From a virus, in IMG/VR virus record IMGVR_UViG_3300010263_000121: a DNA stretch of 52,921 nt, one strand, 5' to 3'. The translations under genes and the position numbers were made by a program. A model generated the notes under the pieces. The model saw nothing but the letters and a program-made list of their open reading frames with translations. It made no database searches and was not told where the DNA came from. Each line of letters begins with the position of its first letter. Position 1 is the stretch's first letter. Shown here one piece after another: positions 34,048 through 43,479 of this stretch.

Positions 34048-37000
34048 TCAGCTTCCCGGTGCTGTTGCCCCAGCTATTGCATAGCCGAACTGCCGGATAT
34101 AGAGCTCTCCAGTTGTAACGCCCTTCCCTATGCCGATCCTTGCTCCCGTCATATGGTTACCCGTAAGCTCTGAAGCCGTCAAAGTCCAAGAACCAGGTTC
34201 AGGGTCGGTGCTCTCCCATATCTTTGCGAAGAAGTCCTGCCCTTCTGCGCGAAAACGCACCTTATACCACGTATTCGCAGCGATAAGAGCCGCTTGCGAC
34301 GCTAGAGTAGCGTAAGCCGTGAAGTTTCTCCTTTTGAGGGCAAAGGTCGTACCGTCAGCGGCCACGAAGATGCCGCCGAGACGCTCGTCATTCCAGCCCG
34401 AAACGCGCATCCAGAGCCCAAATGGGTTCGTATTGCCCGCACTCGTAGCCGTAATTTTGAATTCGCAGAAAAGCTCTATATTCCTCGCAGCAGGCGCATT
34501 GACGGGGCCCCATATCCTCCAGAGCGTGTCTGATGTCATGTCGAAAAAGAGCGCAGGTGCACCATCCTCGATCACCGTATACGCCTGCACGAAGTAGTCC
34601 TGGTGATGCCATCCGAACCAGTCGTAAGGCGTCTCACCGAGCGGATAGTCGGAGAAGTCGGTGTAATACGTCGGCACGACCTGTATCCCCGTCCCCGGCC
34701 TGTTCCCTGCCGAAGTAATCGTCCTTATCCCTTCGTCAAAGAACAGTATTTGATCCGCAGCATCTAAAAGGTCATTGTTCGTGACGAAGTTATCCTCACA
34801 AAACGGCTGGATATGGATGCCGTAGGCCGGATAAGTGGGCCCAGGCCCTTTTCTAAGCGTATTGTTCTGGATGTTGTTCCTGTGACTTGCCAAGAGGCCG
34901 ATCTGATCCCATTCAGTTAAAGGCGGGTCCTCGGTGCCGTTCGCGATAAGCGTATTGCCATTGATGATGTTATCATCTGCAGCCTGAAGCGAAATTCCCC
35001 CCCTCAAACAGCCGGACACCGTATTGCCGATCACAGAGCAAGACGATGCGAGAGCCAACAAAATTCCCTGCCACTCCGAGTTAGAAACGGTATTCCCCGT
35101 GACGGTGCAGTCTCTGCAGTCAGAGATAAGCACGATGCCGTTTAAGTTATCATCAGAGGTATTACCTGTAACAGCTGCGGAAATTACCCCAATAAACTCT
35201 ATTCCCCCAGGCGTACCACCAACCAGAGGATCAGGGCGGTTGCTCTTTGCCTCACAGTTGGAAACGATGAGATTACTCCCCTCAAAAAACGACAAGCCGC
35301 CGTTATTGCACTCAAGAGCCCGGTTGTTCAAGACCTTTGCACCGCTGCACTGCATAAGGTCAAGCCCTATTCCAGTACAGTAGCGGAAAGTGCATCCCGA
35401 CACCTCAAGATTCGTAACGTTAATAAACTGAAGCCCATTCTGCCACTCAAACGGGTCCTGGTTCGCCTTGTTGCCGTCGATCACCATATCCCGCACGATA
35501 ATGTTCGTATCTCCCCCGACATGATCCTCATTCGTAATGATGCCGTCCGTCAGATCATCGCCGAAGTTGTCTTTGAGCTTAATTACCGTGAGGTTCCCCT
35601 GGCCGATAAGCGTCCTGAAGGATGGAATCACGATGGAATCAGATACCTCAAAGTCGCCCTCTAGAAGCACCACTGTTCCGTTCTGCCCGACAGCCTGCAG
35701 GGCCCTGTTGATGTCCCTCTGGTCGTCGTAGCCCTGGCACTGTATATCTGCCCTTCTCTTCCCCTCGTCAGGGGTATTGTAGGCGGCAATAGTGAGGACC
35801 GTGTTTGGGCGCACCGGCCAGACAGCATCCGGCGGATCGGAATCCGAGCCCTTCCTCGCCTGCATCTGAAGCCACCTTTGGTGCGCTCCCACGACGCGGC
35901 CAGCTGCCACCACTTCCGTCTGGAAGGAGCCGCCGTCGAAGTCCAGGGTATGGCGCACGCTCTCCACGCCGTAGAACTCGGTGATGGAGGAAATCCTCGG
36001 ATCGTCAACCGTGATGCCGTCGAAGAGGTCAATCCGCGGGATGAAGGGCAGAGTGAGCGAATTCGTCGCCCTCTGCTCTGATAGGTCAGCCAGAGCGAAG
36101 TTGGCAAGCTGCAGGGCCTGAGCAGCATCCTTAATCAGCTGGGTATCCGTCTCGTCTATCTGCATCGGCTTTAAGCCGTATTCAGAGATAGATGCGGCAT
36201 CCTGCACCATCACCTGCTGCCTTTTACCCGCAAGGTCGCGGTAGACCACCACGATGCGGTTCCTGATGTCCCTATCTGTTATGTCTAGGTCCTGCACGTA
36301 GATGTCATCTTCCCAGTCGAAGTGCCAGTCCGCGTTCACGGCCGTTTTATCTCTCGGAGGCTCCATCAGAGTAAGCCTAAACTCCTTATCCGGCGCATAG
36401 TAGCGGTAGCCCACGAACCAGCCGAACTCTTTCGCGATGTCCTGCAGTGCATCCCACACCGAGACGAATTCAAGCGTAAAGGGAGGGCATGCAAAAGGCG
36501 GTATATCCGGCACGTAGAGGTTTATCACCCCCGGCCCAAACTCGTCATCGAGTATCTGCTGCATCACGATGTCAGCACGCACACCGCCGTCGTCTATCGG
36601 CGCACCGTAGGTCCTGGGTGTTGTAATGATCCTCTCCTGGAGCCTCTTAGCAAGGTCCCTGCACTCAATCTCAACGATGTCCCCCTCTGTCCTGATCGAA
36701 TCTCCCAGGTAGCCGTGGAAGATGAGCTCCCAGTCGTCAGGGTCAGGAGGCGTGCCGTAGGGCATGGCCGCCGTCCATATCTTGATTTCCCTGTTCGGCT
36801 TTAAGAGAGGGTCGAAGGTCATGCCGTCGTAATTCCAGGGACTCGTGGCATCAAGCGGTGAAAAGCGGTTATTTTCATCCTGCAGGATGGTTACGACCGC
36901 CTGCCGGACAACGCCGTCGCCGCCGCTTGAGCCCGTGCCGACCGCCGAGACGTTGCCTAAGTTGACCTCAACCCTAGACGTAAACGCGGCCAGATCGATC

Positions 37001-37056
37001 TCATTTGCGCCCCGAAGGAATAGCACTCTGGTATAAAGCTGCCTGTTTGCGACCAT
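34048..37056 (-). CDS. Tail tip / host-recognition protein with a right-handed beta-helix and a C-terminal lectin-like domain
   Basis: 1002 aa. The N-terminal ~400 aa are tail-tip-like. The centre carries PbH1-type repeats (..VSNCEAKSN.., ..VTGNTVSNS.., ..VIGNTVSGC.., ..INGNTLIANG..). The C-terminus looks like a jelly-roll (WYKVRFRAEGQDFFAKIW). Confidence 0.75.
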   Translation of the reverse strand: MVANRQLYTRVLFLRGANEIDLAAFTSRVEVNLGNVSAVGTGSSGGDGVVRQAVVTILQDENNRFSPLDATSPWNYDGMTFDPLLKPNREIKIWTAAMPYGTPPDPDDWELIFHGYLGDSIRTEGDIVEIECRDLAKRLQERIITTPRTYGAPIDDGGVRADIVMQQILDDEFGPGVINLYVPDIPPFACPPFTLEFVSVWDALQDIAKEFGWFVGYRYYAPDKEFRLTLMEPPRDKTAVNADWHFDWEDDIYVQDLDITDRDIRNRIVVVYRDLAGKRQQVMVQDAASISEYGLKPMQIDETDTQLIKDAAQALQLANFALADLSEQRATNSLTLPFIPRIDLFDGITVDDPRISSITEFYGVESVRHTLDFDGGSFQTEVVAAGRVVGAHQRWLQMQARKGSDSDPPDAVWPVRPNTVLTIAAYNTPDEGKRRADIQCQGYDDQRDINRALQAVGQNGTVVLLEGDFEVSDSIVIPSFRTLIGQGNLTVIKLKDNFGDDLTDGIITNEDHVGGDTNIIVRDMVIDGNKANQDPFEWQNGLQFINVTNLEVSGCTFRYCTGIGLDLMQCSGAKVLNNRALECNNGGLSFFEGSNLIVSNCEAKSNRPDPLVGGTPGGIEFIGVISAAVTGNTSDDNLNGIVLISDCRDCTVTGNTVSNSEWQGILLALASSCSVIGNTVSGCLRGGISLQAADDNIINGNTLIANGTEDPPLTEWDQIGLLASHRNNIQNNTLRKGPGPTYPAYGIHIQPFCEDNFVTNNDLLDAADQILFFDEGIRTITSAGNRPGTGIQVVPTYYTDFSDYPLGETPYDWFGWHHQDYFVQAYTVIEDGAPALFFDMTSDTLWRIWGPVNAPAARNIELFCEFKITATSAGNTNPFGLWMRVSGWNDERLGGIFVAADGTTFALKRRNFTAYATLASQAALIAANTWYKVRFRAEGQDFFAKIWESTDPEPGSWTLTASELTGNHMTGARIGIGKGVTTGELYIRQFGYAIAGATAPGS

Positions 37057-37067
37057 TCATCTCCCTC

Positions 37068-37412
37068 CTACTTCTCAATGACCAGAAGCTCAAGGCTTCT
37101 CCTATCAGGTGCCTCAAGGGCCCTTGTAACGCGGGTAACCCGCATGAAGGCTTCAATCGTAACTCCAGCGCCGAACTCGTCCAGATGGAAATCCCCTGCC
37201 TCGAACTTGTTTGCCTCCAGGTGATTGATTAAAGCATCCGCATCAGCCTTCTCCATCGGTCTTGTGGTCAACGTCCACTGCCTCTTCATTGCGATCACGT
37301 CCTGGCGCATCTTTCCCCCAGCTGTGCGCCTTCTATCGCCTATAACCTGCCTTTCAAGCTCGATGGCGTAGATGAGCGGTATGTCGATGCCGTCAAACTG
37401 AGCAGCTGCCAT
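37068..37412 (-). CDS. Small tail protein, paralog A
   Basis: 114 aa, collinear with 37472..37810 (IDxPLxY....E......RTAxGxM.......KRxWxLxTRPMxKADxDALIxxLE). Confidence 0.5.
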   Translation of the reverse strand: MAAAQFDGIDIPLIYAIELERQVIGDRRRTAGGKMRQDVIAMKRQWTLTTRPMEKADADALINHLEANKFEAGDFHLDEFGAGVTIEAFMRVTRVTRALEAPDRRSLELLVIEK

Positions 37413-37471
37413 CTTTACTCCCCCCTAAAAGACAAAAAAACGCCCGGACAGAACCGTCCAGGCGTCAAATG

Positions 37472-37810
37472 TTATTCTTCCTCTGCTGTGATTGTCAGGC
37501 TGTACCTAGTGGGCAGGCTCAAATCCCTTGATTCCGAGATCGTTATAAACGCCTTTACTGTGTCCATGCCGAACTCTTCAAGCCAGAAGTCCACAGGACC
37601 GTAAAAAACGCTCTCAAGGTAGCCTATGAGAGCATCCCTATCTGCTTTGAGCATCGGCCTTGTCTGAAGTACCCAAGTTCGTTTAACTGCATCAACGTGT
37701 AAAAGCATCTCACCCGTCGCGGTTCTGCCTTCGTTAGACACGAGGTCATATTCCATCTCCTGCGAGTACACAAGAGGGACATCAATAAGGCCTATCCTCG
37801 CCGAGCTCAT
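37472..37810 (-). CDS. Small tail protein, paralog B
   Basis: 112 aa, collinear with 37068..37412. It overlaps the tape-measure stop. Confidence 0.5.
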   Translation of the reverse strand: MSSARIGLIDVPLVYSQEMEYDLVSNEGRTATGEMLLHVDAVKRTWVLQTRPMLKADRDALIGYLESVFYGPVDFWLEEFGMDTVKAFITISESRDLSLPTRYSLTITAEEE

Positions 37811-40800
37811 AAGAACTTCACCACCGTGCCGTATTCAGCAAGCCCGGCAGAGCGCATCGCCCTGCTTATGGCTTCTTCTATCACACGCTGGAGGTCGTTC
37901 ACGCCGAAGATCGGCCCGTTGACGTTGACCTCAACAGAAATTCCCCTTCCGCCGATTGCTGTGCTGTCAAGCGGTATCACAGCTTCAGGCCCTGCTTCGC
38001 CAAGAAGCCCCAAAATCGGCCTTTTCACGATACCACCCACCTGCAGGGGCACGATAGATGCAGCAGAGATCACTTCACCCGTCGCCTGGGCCCTGCGGAG
38101 AGCAATGCGGAACACGCTCGGCACATTCGACAACGCCTTCGTTGATTCCTCAATCGCCTTCGTGTTCTCTGCCCTCGCCCTTGCCTCTTCCCATGTCAGG
38201 TTCATGAGCTGCTCGGTCGCAGAATTCAAGCTGTCGATGTTGATCTTATACTTCCGAAGATCAACGAAGGGTAAGAGCGAAACGAGGTCCAGGATTGCGT
38301 TCCAAGCCGATGCCACGACCTTTGCGACCTGCAGGAACACAATACCCAGCCCCTTCACAATTGGGAAGAGGAGCTGGAACACAGGCACAAGGAGGCTCCC
38401 TACTATCTCACCCAGCGCGGTAAGGACAGGCAAAAGCGCATCGGAGATAACCTGCACGATAGGTAGAAGCGGCGCAAGGAGCTGCCCTAAAGCGTTTACC
38501 ACGGCCTCAAGGAGAGGGTTCACAAGCTCCAAGAGGCGGGCAAAAGTCTCGCTCTGCAGCACAAGGTCAAGCCCTACAAAGGAGAGAGCCTCAAGGGGTG
38601 TCATAGCATCCCTTATCACGAGGCCCAGCTCGTCCATCACAGGCTTCACAGATGCCTGGAAGAGCTCTATTGACCGCTTGAGTATAGGCAGGTTCTCCCT
38701 CACCGCCGCCCATCCGTGGGAGAGCATCTCGGAAAAGAGGTTGAGATTCCTTGTCACCTTCGTAACTACATTCGTTACCGTTTCCACGCTGTCAGCGACC
38801 TCTTCAGCCGCCTGTTCCACTTCATCTTCAAAGAAGCCCAAGGTGCCGAAGAAACGCTTAAGCTCGCCCTGCCAGCCTCTAAGGGTTCCCGTAAGCCGTT
38901 CAGCCTCTTCTTCACCGAGCACAGTTGTTGCGAGCTTCCCGATCACAGAGATAAGCCCATCAAAGACCGTGAAGAGCCCTCCGATCAGCATCTGCGGCAG
39001 GTTGCTAATGACATTCCCCATCGCATTCACGATGCCGCCCTGCTCGGCTACAGCCTGAGAGAGCTGCGGGAAGAGGTTCCCAAGGAACCCGCCGCCGTCT
39101 CCACCGCCGAAGAGGTTCCCGAGGATTCCGCCTTCCTGGAATCCAGGAACTCCGAGCTCCCTAAACCACTCGGCCACAGCTGCAAGCCCTCTTCTCCAGA
39201 CATCAGAGGGGATGATCGCTTCCCCCGGCGCAAGGAGGGCAGGAATCTTATCCGGCCCTCCAATCCCTGGGAGGATTCCGCCCCTCTGTAATCCCAAAAA
39301 GCCCATGAACTTCTGCCAGCCAGATTTGACTATATCAAGCCCTTTCTGCCCGAACTCGATAGTTGTCTCGACCGTGCCGCCGATCCAGTCTGCACCCTTT
39401 TCAATCCACTCCCACAGCTTCCCGAGTGCCTTAAAAGTCCAGGTCCAGGTTGTCTCTGCGGTGCCGTCGATCCACTTCCACGCCGAGACTAGAAAGTCCC
39501 AGGCTTTGCCGAGCGCATCGAAGGCCCAGTTCCAGGTTGTGGTTGCCGTGTCATCAAGCCACGGCCACGCGACCTCTTTCAGCCACCTGAAGAAATCCCC
39601 GATGATGTCGAAAGTCCAATTCCAGAGAGTACCCGCGGTATCGTAGAGCCAGGGCCATGCGACATCTTTGAGCCACTCCCAGAAGGTCCCCAGAATGCGG
39701 ATACTCCAATTCCACGCGGTGCTCCCCGCTTTGTAGAGCCACGGCCATGCTGTGTCTTTGAGCCATGCGAAGAAGTCGCCCAAGATGTCTATCGTCCATT
39801 CCCAGGCCGTGCTTCCGGCCTTATACAGCCACGGCCAAGCCACATCCTTAAGCCAAGCGAAGAAATCCCCCAGGACATCTACCGTCCACTCCCAGGCTGT
39901 GCTCCCTGCCTTGTAGAGCCAGGGCCAAGCTACATCCTTAAGCCAGGTGAAGAAATCCCCGAGGACATCTATCGTCCAGGCCCAGGCAGTTTCCCCTGCT
40001 TTGTAGAGCCAGGGCCATGCGACATCTTTGAGCCACTCCCAGAAGGTCCCCAGAGCCTCGATGGACCAATTCCAGACGGTCTCAAGGGTCTCTTTGCCCC
40101 ACTTCAGCACAACGTCAATGATCGGCTTGATGTACTTCTCCCAGACATCCGTCACGACGTCTCTGATACCGAACCAGTTGTTCTTCCATGCAAGGTAAAG
40201 CCCGACAACGCCTGCTACCAGGAGCCCTATCCCGAGAAGGGTTGCCGCCGAAAAACCGCCGAAGAAAGCAGCAACAGCACCGATGATGCCCTTAATCCCA
40301 AGGAATACGCTTCCGACTGTCTTAAAGACCGCGATAATGCCTGCTCCCGCCTTCGCAAGCAGCCCGATAACTGCCACAAGCCCCAGGATAGTACCTGCAA
40401 GCGCAGTCCACCGCTTTATGTTGTCCCTCTGTTCATCAGAGAGGTTCCTAAACCACGAGATTCCCCGGTTTACCCAGTCTAAGACTACGCGAAAGGCAGG
40501 AAGGAACTGAGCAAGGATTTCCCGCCCTGCAGCGGTAGCCCTTGCCCCAACCATCTGCACTTCGCGGTGAAAGTTGGCCAAGTCGCGCGTAGCTGTATCT
40601 CCCATCACGAAGCCCAAATCCCGGGCTTCACGGCGCATCCTGTTAATCTCGTCCTGCCCTGCCTCAAGGAGAGGTATGAGGCTCTTTCCCTGCTCGCCGA
40701 ATATCTTCACGGCGAGAGCATTGCGCTCAACCGCGTTGTCAAGGCGGGAGAGGCTCATTATCGTTTCATCGAAGAGGTCCGACATGCTGCGGAGGTTGCC

Positions 40801-41238
40801 CTGGCTGTCCCGGACAGAGATGCCAAGCCGCTTAAAGACGGCTGCCGCCTGCCCGCCGGAAGCCCCTGCTTCAAGCACCTTCTGCGAAAGGGAGGTAGTC
40901 ATCTGCGAGAGGCTTCCGAACTCGAAGCCTACCAGCTTCGAAACGTACTCCATCTCCTGCAGGGCCTGGGCTGTAAGCCCCGTCTGCGCCGAAAGCTGGG
41001 TAATCTGCGTACCGTACTCGGCAGCGTTTTTGACCCCGATCGTAATCGCCCCAGCTAAGCCAGCAAGGGCGAGCCCTGCTTTTTGCCCCAGCTTAGAGAC
41101 GTTGTTTAAGCCCTTCTGGATGCTCTCCATCCGCTTGTTGAACGCCTCAACTGCCTTCTGCGCCTGAGCGATATTCCGTGTAAATGTCGTTGTCTGCGCC
41201 ACTAGGTTAGCGGTTAAAGTGCCGACATTGGCAGCCAT
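37807..41238 (-). CDS. Tail tape measure protein
   Basis: 1143 aa with helical N- and C-terminal regions, a hydrophobic glycine-rich segment and a W-rich repeat block. It lies downstream of the G/GT chaperones. Confidence 0.9.
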   Translation of the reverse strand: MAANVGTLTANLVAQTTTFTRNIAQAQKAVEAFNKRMESIQKGLNNVSKLGQKAGLALAGLAGAITIGVKNAAEYGTQITQLSAQTGLTAQALQEMEYVSKLVGFEFGSLSQMTTSLSQKVLEAGASGGQAAAVFKRLGISVRDSQGNLRSMSDLFDETIMSLSRLDNAVERNALAVKIFGEQGKSLIPLLEAGQDEINRMRREARDLGFVMGDTATRDLANFHREVQMVGARATAAGREILAQFLPAFRVVLDWVNRGISWFRNLSDEQRDNIKRWTALAGTILGLVAVIGLLAKAGAGIIAVFKTVGSVFLGIKGIIGAVAAFFGGFSAATLLGIGLLVAGVVGLYLAWKNNWFGIRDVVTDVWEKYIKPIIDVVLKWGKETLETVWNWSIEALGTFWEWLKDVAWPWLYKAGETAWAWTIDVLGDFFTWLKDVAWPWLYKAGSTAWEWTVDVLGDFFAWLKDVAWPWLYKAGSTAWEWTIDILGDFFAWLKDTAWPWLYKAGSTAWNWSIRILGTFWEWLKDVAWPWLYDTAGTLWNWTFDIIGDFFRWLKEVAWPWLDDTATTTWNWAFDALGKAWDFLVSAWKWIDGTAETTWTWTFKALGKLWEWIEKGADWIGGTVETTIEFGQKGLDIVKSGWQKFMGFLGLQRGGILPGIGGPDKIPALLAPGEAIIPSDVWRRGLAAVAEWFRELGVPGFQEGGILGNLFGGGDGGGFLGNLFPQLSQAVAEQGGIVNAMGNVISNLPQMLIGGLFTVFDGLISVIGKLATTVLGEEEAERLTGTLRGWQGELKRFFGTLGFFEDEVEQAAEEVADSVETVTNVVTKVTRNLNLFSEMLSHGWAAVRENLPILKRSIELFQASVKPVMDELGLVIRDAMTPLEALSFVGLDLVLQSETFARLLELVNPLLEAVVNALGQLLAPLLPIVQVISDALLPVLTALGEIVGSLLVPVFQLLFPIVKGLGIVFLQVAKVVASAWNAILDLVSLLPFVDLRKYKINIDSLNSATEQLMNLTWEEARARAENTKAIEESTKALSNVPSVFRIALRRAQATGEVISAASIVPLQVGGIVKRPILGLLGEAGPEAVIPLDSTAIGGRGISVEVNVNGPIFGVNDLQRVIEEAISRAMRSAGLAEYGTVVKFL
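39330..40110. repeat. About nine tandem 90-nt (30-aa) repeats inside the tape measure gene
   Basis: The protein repeat is WxWxIxxLGxFFxWLKDVAWPWLYKAGSTA. A 51-nt block (tagagccagggccatgcgacatctttgagccactcccagaaggtccccaga) occurs identically at 39644 and 40004, which is four units apart. Confidence 0.85.
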
Positions 41239-41439
41239 CTAAAACCCCCCTCTCCCGCCGAATACCCTGCCGGAACCTTTGGCACGGGCTTTAGCTTTTG
41301 CGATAGCTTCCTGCTTTGCCCTCTCCCTCTCCTTGAAAAGAAAATAGCCGGCCCATCCTGTGAATTCAGATGCCGGCATAGCTTCTATTTCCCCGATTGT
41401 CTTTCCCAAGACCTCTCCAAGCTGGTATTTGAAGAGCAT
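41239..41439 (-). CDS. Tail assembly chaperone T segment (expressed as a G-T fusion by -1 frameshift)
   Basis: This ORF is in the -1 frame relative to 41454..41846. That frame is open for about 17 codons upstream of the G stop. Confidence 0.6.
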   Translation of the reverse strand: MLFKYQLGEVLGKTIGEIEAMPASEFTGWAGYFLFKERERAKQEAIAKAKARAKGSGRVFGGRGGF

Positions 41440-41453
41440 CTCGGGATTCTCCG

Positions 41454-41846
41454 TCAGTTTCCCGCAACTTCCTCCGGATTTTCGCCCAGCATAGCCATTG
41501 CAGGCTTAGCCAAGAGATCAAAGACGCTCGTCGGCAGAGACAGGAGCACATCATGGTGCGCCGGCTCAAAGAGAGCTTCCCCTGTCTGTGCATCGTAGGC
41601 GCAGAAGATCACAGCCCACACCTGCAGCTCTGCGTGGTCAATCTCAGCATCGCCGGACTTCTTGATCTTCGTCGCAGCCTTGAAGATTTCGCCCCGCTGC
41701 CTCGCGTTTGGCTCTTTGATTAAGACCTTTAAGGCTTTACCGTCCTGGTTTATCTCCACCACTTCCTGTTTGAAGCGGTTAAGGCCCGTCAGAAAGAAGT
41801 CTCTCGCCTGCGAGCCCTTCTGTTCGACCTTTTTCTCATCAGACAT
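41454..41846 (-). CDS. Tail assembly chaperone G
   Basis: 130 aa, located between the tube genes and the tape measure. It ends ...GCG GGA AAC TGA, which contains the slip heptamer. Confidence 0.65.
   Translation of the reverse strand: MSDEKKVEQKGSQARDFFLTGLNRFKQEVVEINQDGKALKVLIKEPNARQRGEIFKAATKIKKSGDAEIDHAELQVWAVIFCAYDAQTGEALFEPAHHDVLLSLPTSVFDLLAKPAMAMLGENPEEVAGN
41457..41463 (-). promoter_or_regulatory. Programmed -1 ribosomal frameshift heptamer G_GGA_AAC
   Basis: The minus-strand sequence GGGAAAC is in the X_XXY_YYZ register of the G frame, directly before its stop. The lambda G/GT site is GGGAAAG. Confidence 0.6.
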
Positions 41847-41878
41847 AAGTCTCCCCCTCTACATGCTCGGTTTTGCCT

Positions 41879-42508
41879 TTAAGGTGTTACTTCCTGCTCG
41901 ATCAAGAGCTCGCCGTCGCTCTGCCAGCCGACACTAGTTTCGACAGCACCCTCGACCGCAGCCGAGAGCTCCTGGGATTCAAGCACCGCATAGACAGCAA
42001 AGAACTCTGGATCGTCTTTGCTCGTCCAGAACTCCAAAACCAGCGGCTTCTGCTGCAGGAGCCTTTCCGTGAAGAGGTTATTGATGTTGTAGAAGCCTGA
42101 AATAGTGCCAGTTACACCGCCGATGCCGGAGAGCCTATCCCGCCAGCCGTCCGATTCAAAGACCGTGACGTCAACCATCTCACGCCCGATGGAGATAGTA
42201 AACTCACGGCACTCTGCGGCCACTACAACAGAGACGAACGCGCCTGAGACGGTGATTTCGTCCTCTTCTTCCTGCGGCTCGTAGAAGTGAATCCTGCCGC
42301 CTGCATACTGCACGCGGTACTCATTCGCTGGGACAGGTGTTCCGTTTCGTTCCACCACAACAGGCGTATCCCTATCCCAGTACCGCATTGTGCGGTCGTC
42401 TATCGTGTAGATGGTGAAAGTGGCATCAGGGGTAGTGGCCTCATCGGTGAACGGCGTGCTGGTCGTAGACATGATCATCACCCGCGCGTGCTTGCCGGGT
42501 TTTGCCAT
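41879..42508 (-). CDS. Major tail (tube) protein paralog with insertion
   Basis: 209 aa. It starts MAKPGKHARV and shares ..ESDGWRDRLSGIGGVTGTISGFY.. and ..AAVEGAVETSV.. with the 132-aa protein. Confidence 0.6.
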   Translation of the reverse strand: MAKPGKHARVMIMSTTSTPFTDEATTPDATFTIYTIDDRTMRYWDRDTPVVVERNGTPVPANEYRVQYAGGRIHFYEPQEEEDEITVSGAFVSVVVAAECREFTISIGREMVDVTVFESDGWRDRLSGIGGVTGTISGFYNINNLFTERLLQQKPLVLEFWTSKDDPEFFAVYAVLESQELSAAVEGAVETSVGWQSDGELLIEQEVTP

Positions 42509-42541
42509 GCGCTATCCCCCCTTTCATGGGCCCGAAGATCA

Positions 42542-42940
42542 TCAGCTCGACACCGCGATTGGGCCGCTGGATTGGAGGGTAATTGAGACCGTTACGGCTC
42601 CCTCGACCGCCGCATTGATTTCAAACGTCTCGACATAGGCATCGCAGATGAAGCCAGAAGTGGCCACGTTGACATCTGCGAGCACTTTAACGTCCTCGAC
42701 AAGAGCCTGCGTTAAGATGGCCGTCCGAAGAGCCACCTGGCCGTCTGTATCCCCATCGGCATAGAAGCCGGAGATGGAGATCGTCGCATCACGGAGGTTT
42801 AAAAGCCTCTCGCGCCAGCCCCCGCTGTCAAAGGAGCTAATATCTACAATCTCGCCGTTGATGGTGAAAGTCGCATCATTGATTTCCGCCACGAGATTGT
42901 TGTCTATGAACACCCCGGCGTGCTTGCCCGGATATGCCAT
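42542..42940 (-). CDS. Major tail (tube) protein
   Basis: 132 aa. It starts MAYPGKHAGV and contains ..SFDSGGWRERLLNLRDATISISGFY.. and ..AAVEGAVTVSI.. Its size and position are typical of siphovirus tube proteins. Confidence 0.65.
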   Translation of the reverse strand: MAYPGKHAGVFIDNNLVAEINDATFTINGEIVDISSFDSGGWRERLLNLRDATISISGFYADGDTDGQVALRTAILTQALVEDVKVLADVNVATSGFICDAYVETFEINAAVEGAVTVSITLQSSGPIAVSS

Positions 42941-43067
42941 TCTTTCTCTCCCCTTTCTTAAGCTCTTGATACTCCCTCAAAGCCTTTATAGACTGCCTAG
43001 TCTCCCTCTGAAGCTTTTTGAGCACCGAAATAACGTCCTCAATCTGCTTAACGTCCTGCACAGGCAT
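42876..43067 (-). CDS. Small hypothetical protein (ATGA-coupled to the upstream gene)
   Basis: In-frame Met 13 of track ORF 42876..43103 overlaps the stop of 43067..43462 as ATGA. It also overlaps the tube gene start by 65 nt, so the call is uncertain. Confidence 0.25.
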   Translation of the reverse strand: MPVQDVKQIEDVISVLKKLQRETRQSIKALREYQELKKGERKNGISGQARRGVHRQQSRGGNQ

Positions 43068-43462
43068 CACTCCTGGTAAAACAGATCGAAGTTTAGCGAC
43101 CATCCGTGATGGGCGTTGTTGTCCTGCCCAAGATAGATCGGTTCAGACTGCCTGCAGGACACATCTTTTATCCCCGGAGGCCGTGAGCTCTGCACGGCAT
43201 CGTAGACCTTCCTTGCGAGCTCATACCCTGAGTTGTAGTCAGGGGAGCGTATCCTAATCATGATCGTCGGATGCCTCACTTCATCCTGCTGGGCAAAGAA
43301 GCGGTCAGGAGGAAGCCCATCTGTACCCATCACAAACACCGCTTCAGCCGGAACGGTGCTGCTCACAGGGCGCACAAGCCCCACCCAAAGGCTCTTCCCC
43401 AGCTCCGCGATGCCCAGCGAATGAACCAGCTCGGCTATCTGCACCGCAGGATTGAACTGCAT
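43067..43462 (-). CDS. Tail completion / terminator-like protein
   Basis: 131 aa, positioned between the HK97 gp10-like gene and the tube genes. Confidence 0.45.
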   Translation of the reverse strand: MQFNPAVQIAELVHSLGIAELGKSLWVGLVRPVSSTVPAEAVFVMGTDGLPPDRFFAQQDEVRHPTIMIRIRSPDYNSGYELARKVYDAVQSSRPPGIKDVSCRQSEPIYLGQDNNAHHGWSLNFDLFYQE

Positions 43463-43479
43463 CAGGACACCTCCATCAT

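Noticed and set aside
34048-37056. Possibility of a diversity-generating retroelement or retron acting on the large tail protein or LamG protein
   Set aside because: No reverse-transcriptase ORF exists anywhere in the circle, and I found no template/variable repeat pair.
37826-39058. 410-aa plus-strand ORF, together with other long plus-strand ORFs at 38716..39291, 40574..41167 and 39212..39646, all antisense to the tape measure gene
   Set aside because: These are Ser/Pro/Arg/Ala-rich, low-complexity translations lying fully inside a well-supported minus-strand gene in GC-rich DNA. This is the typical antisense open-frame artefact, with no RBS or motif support.
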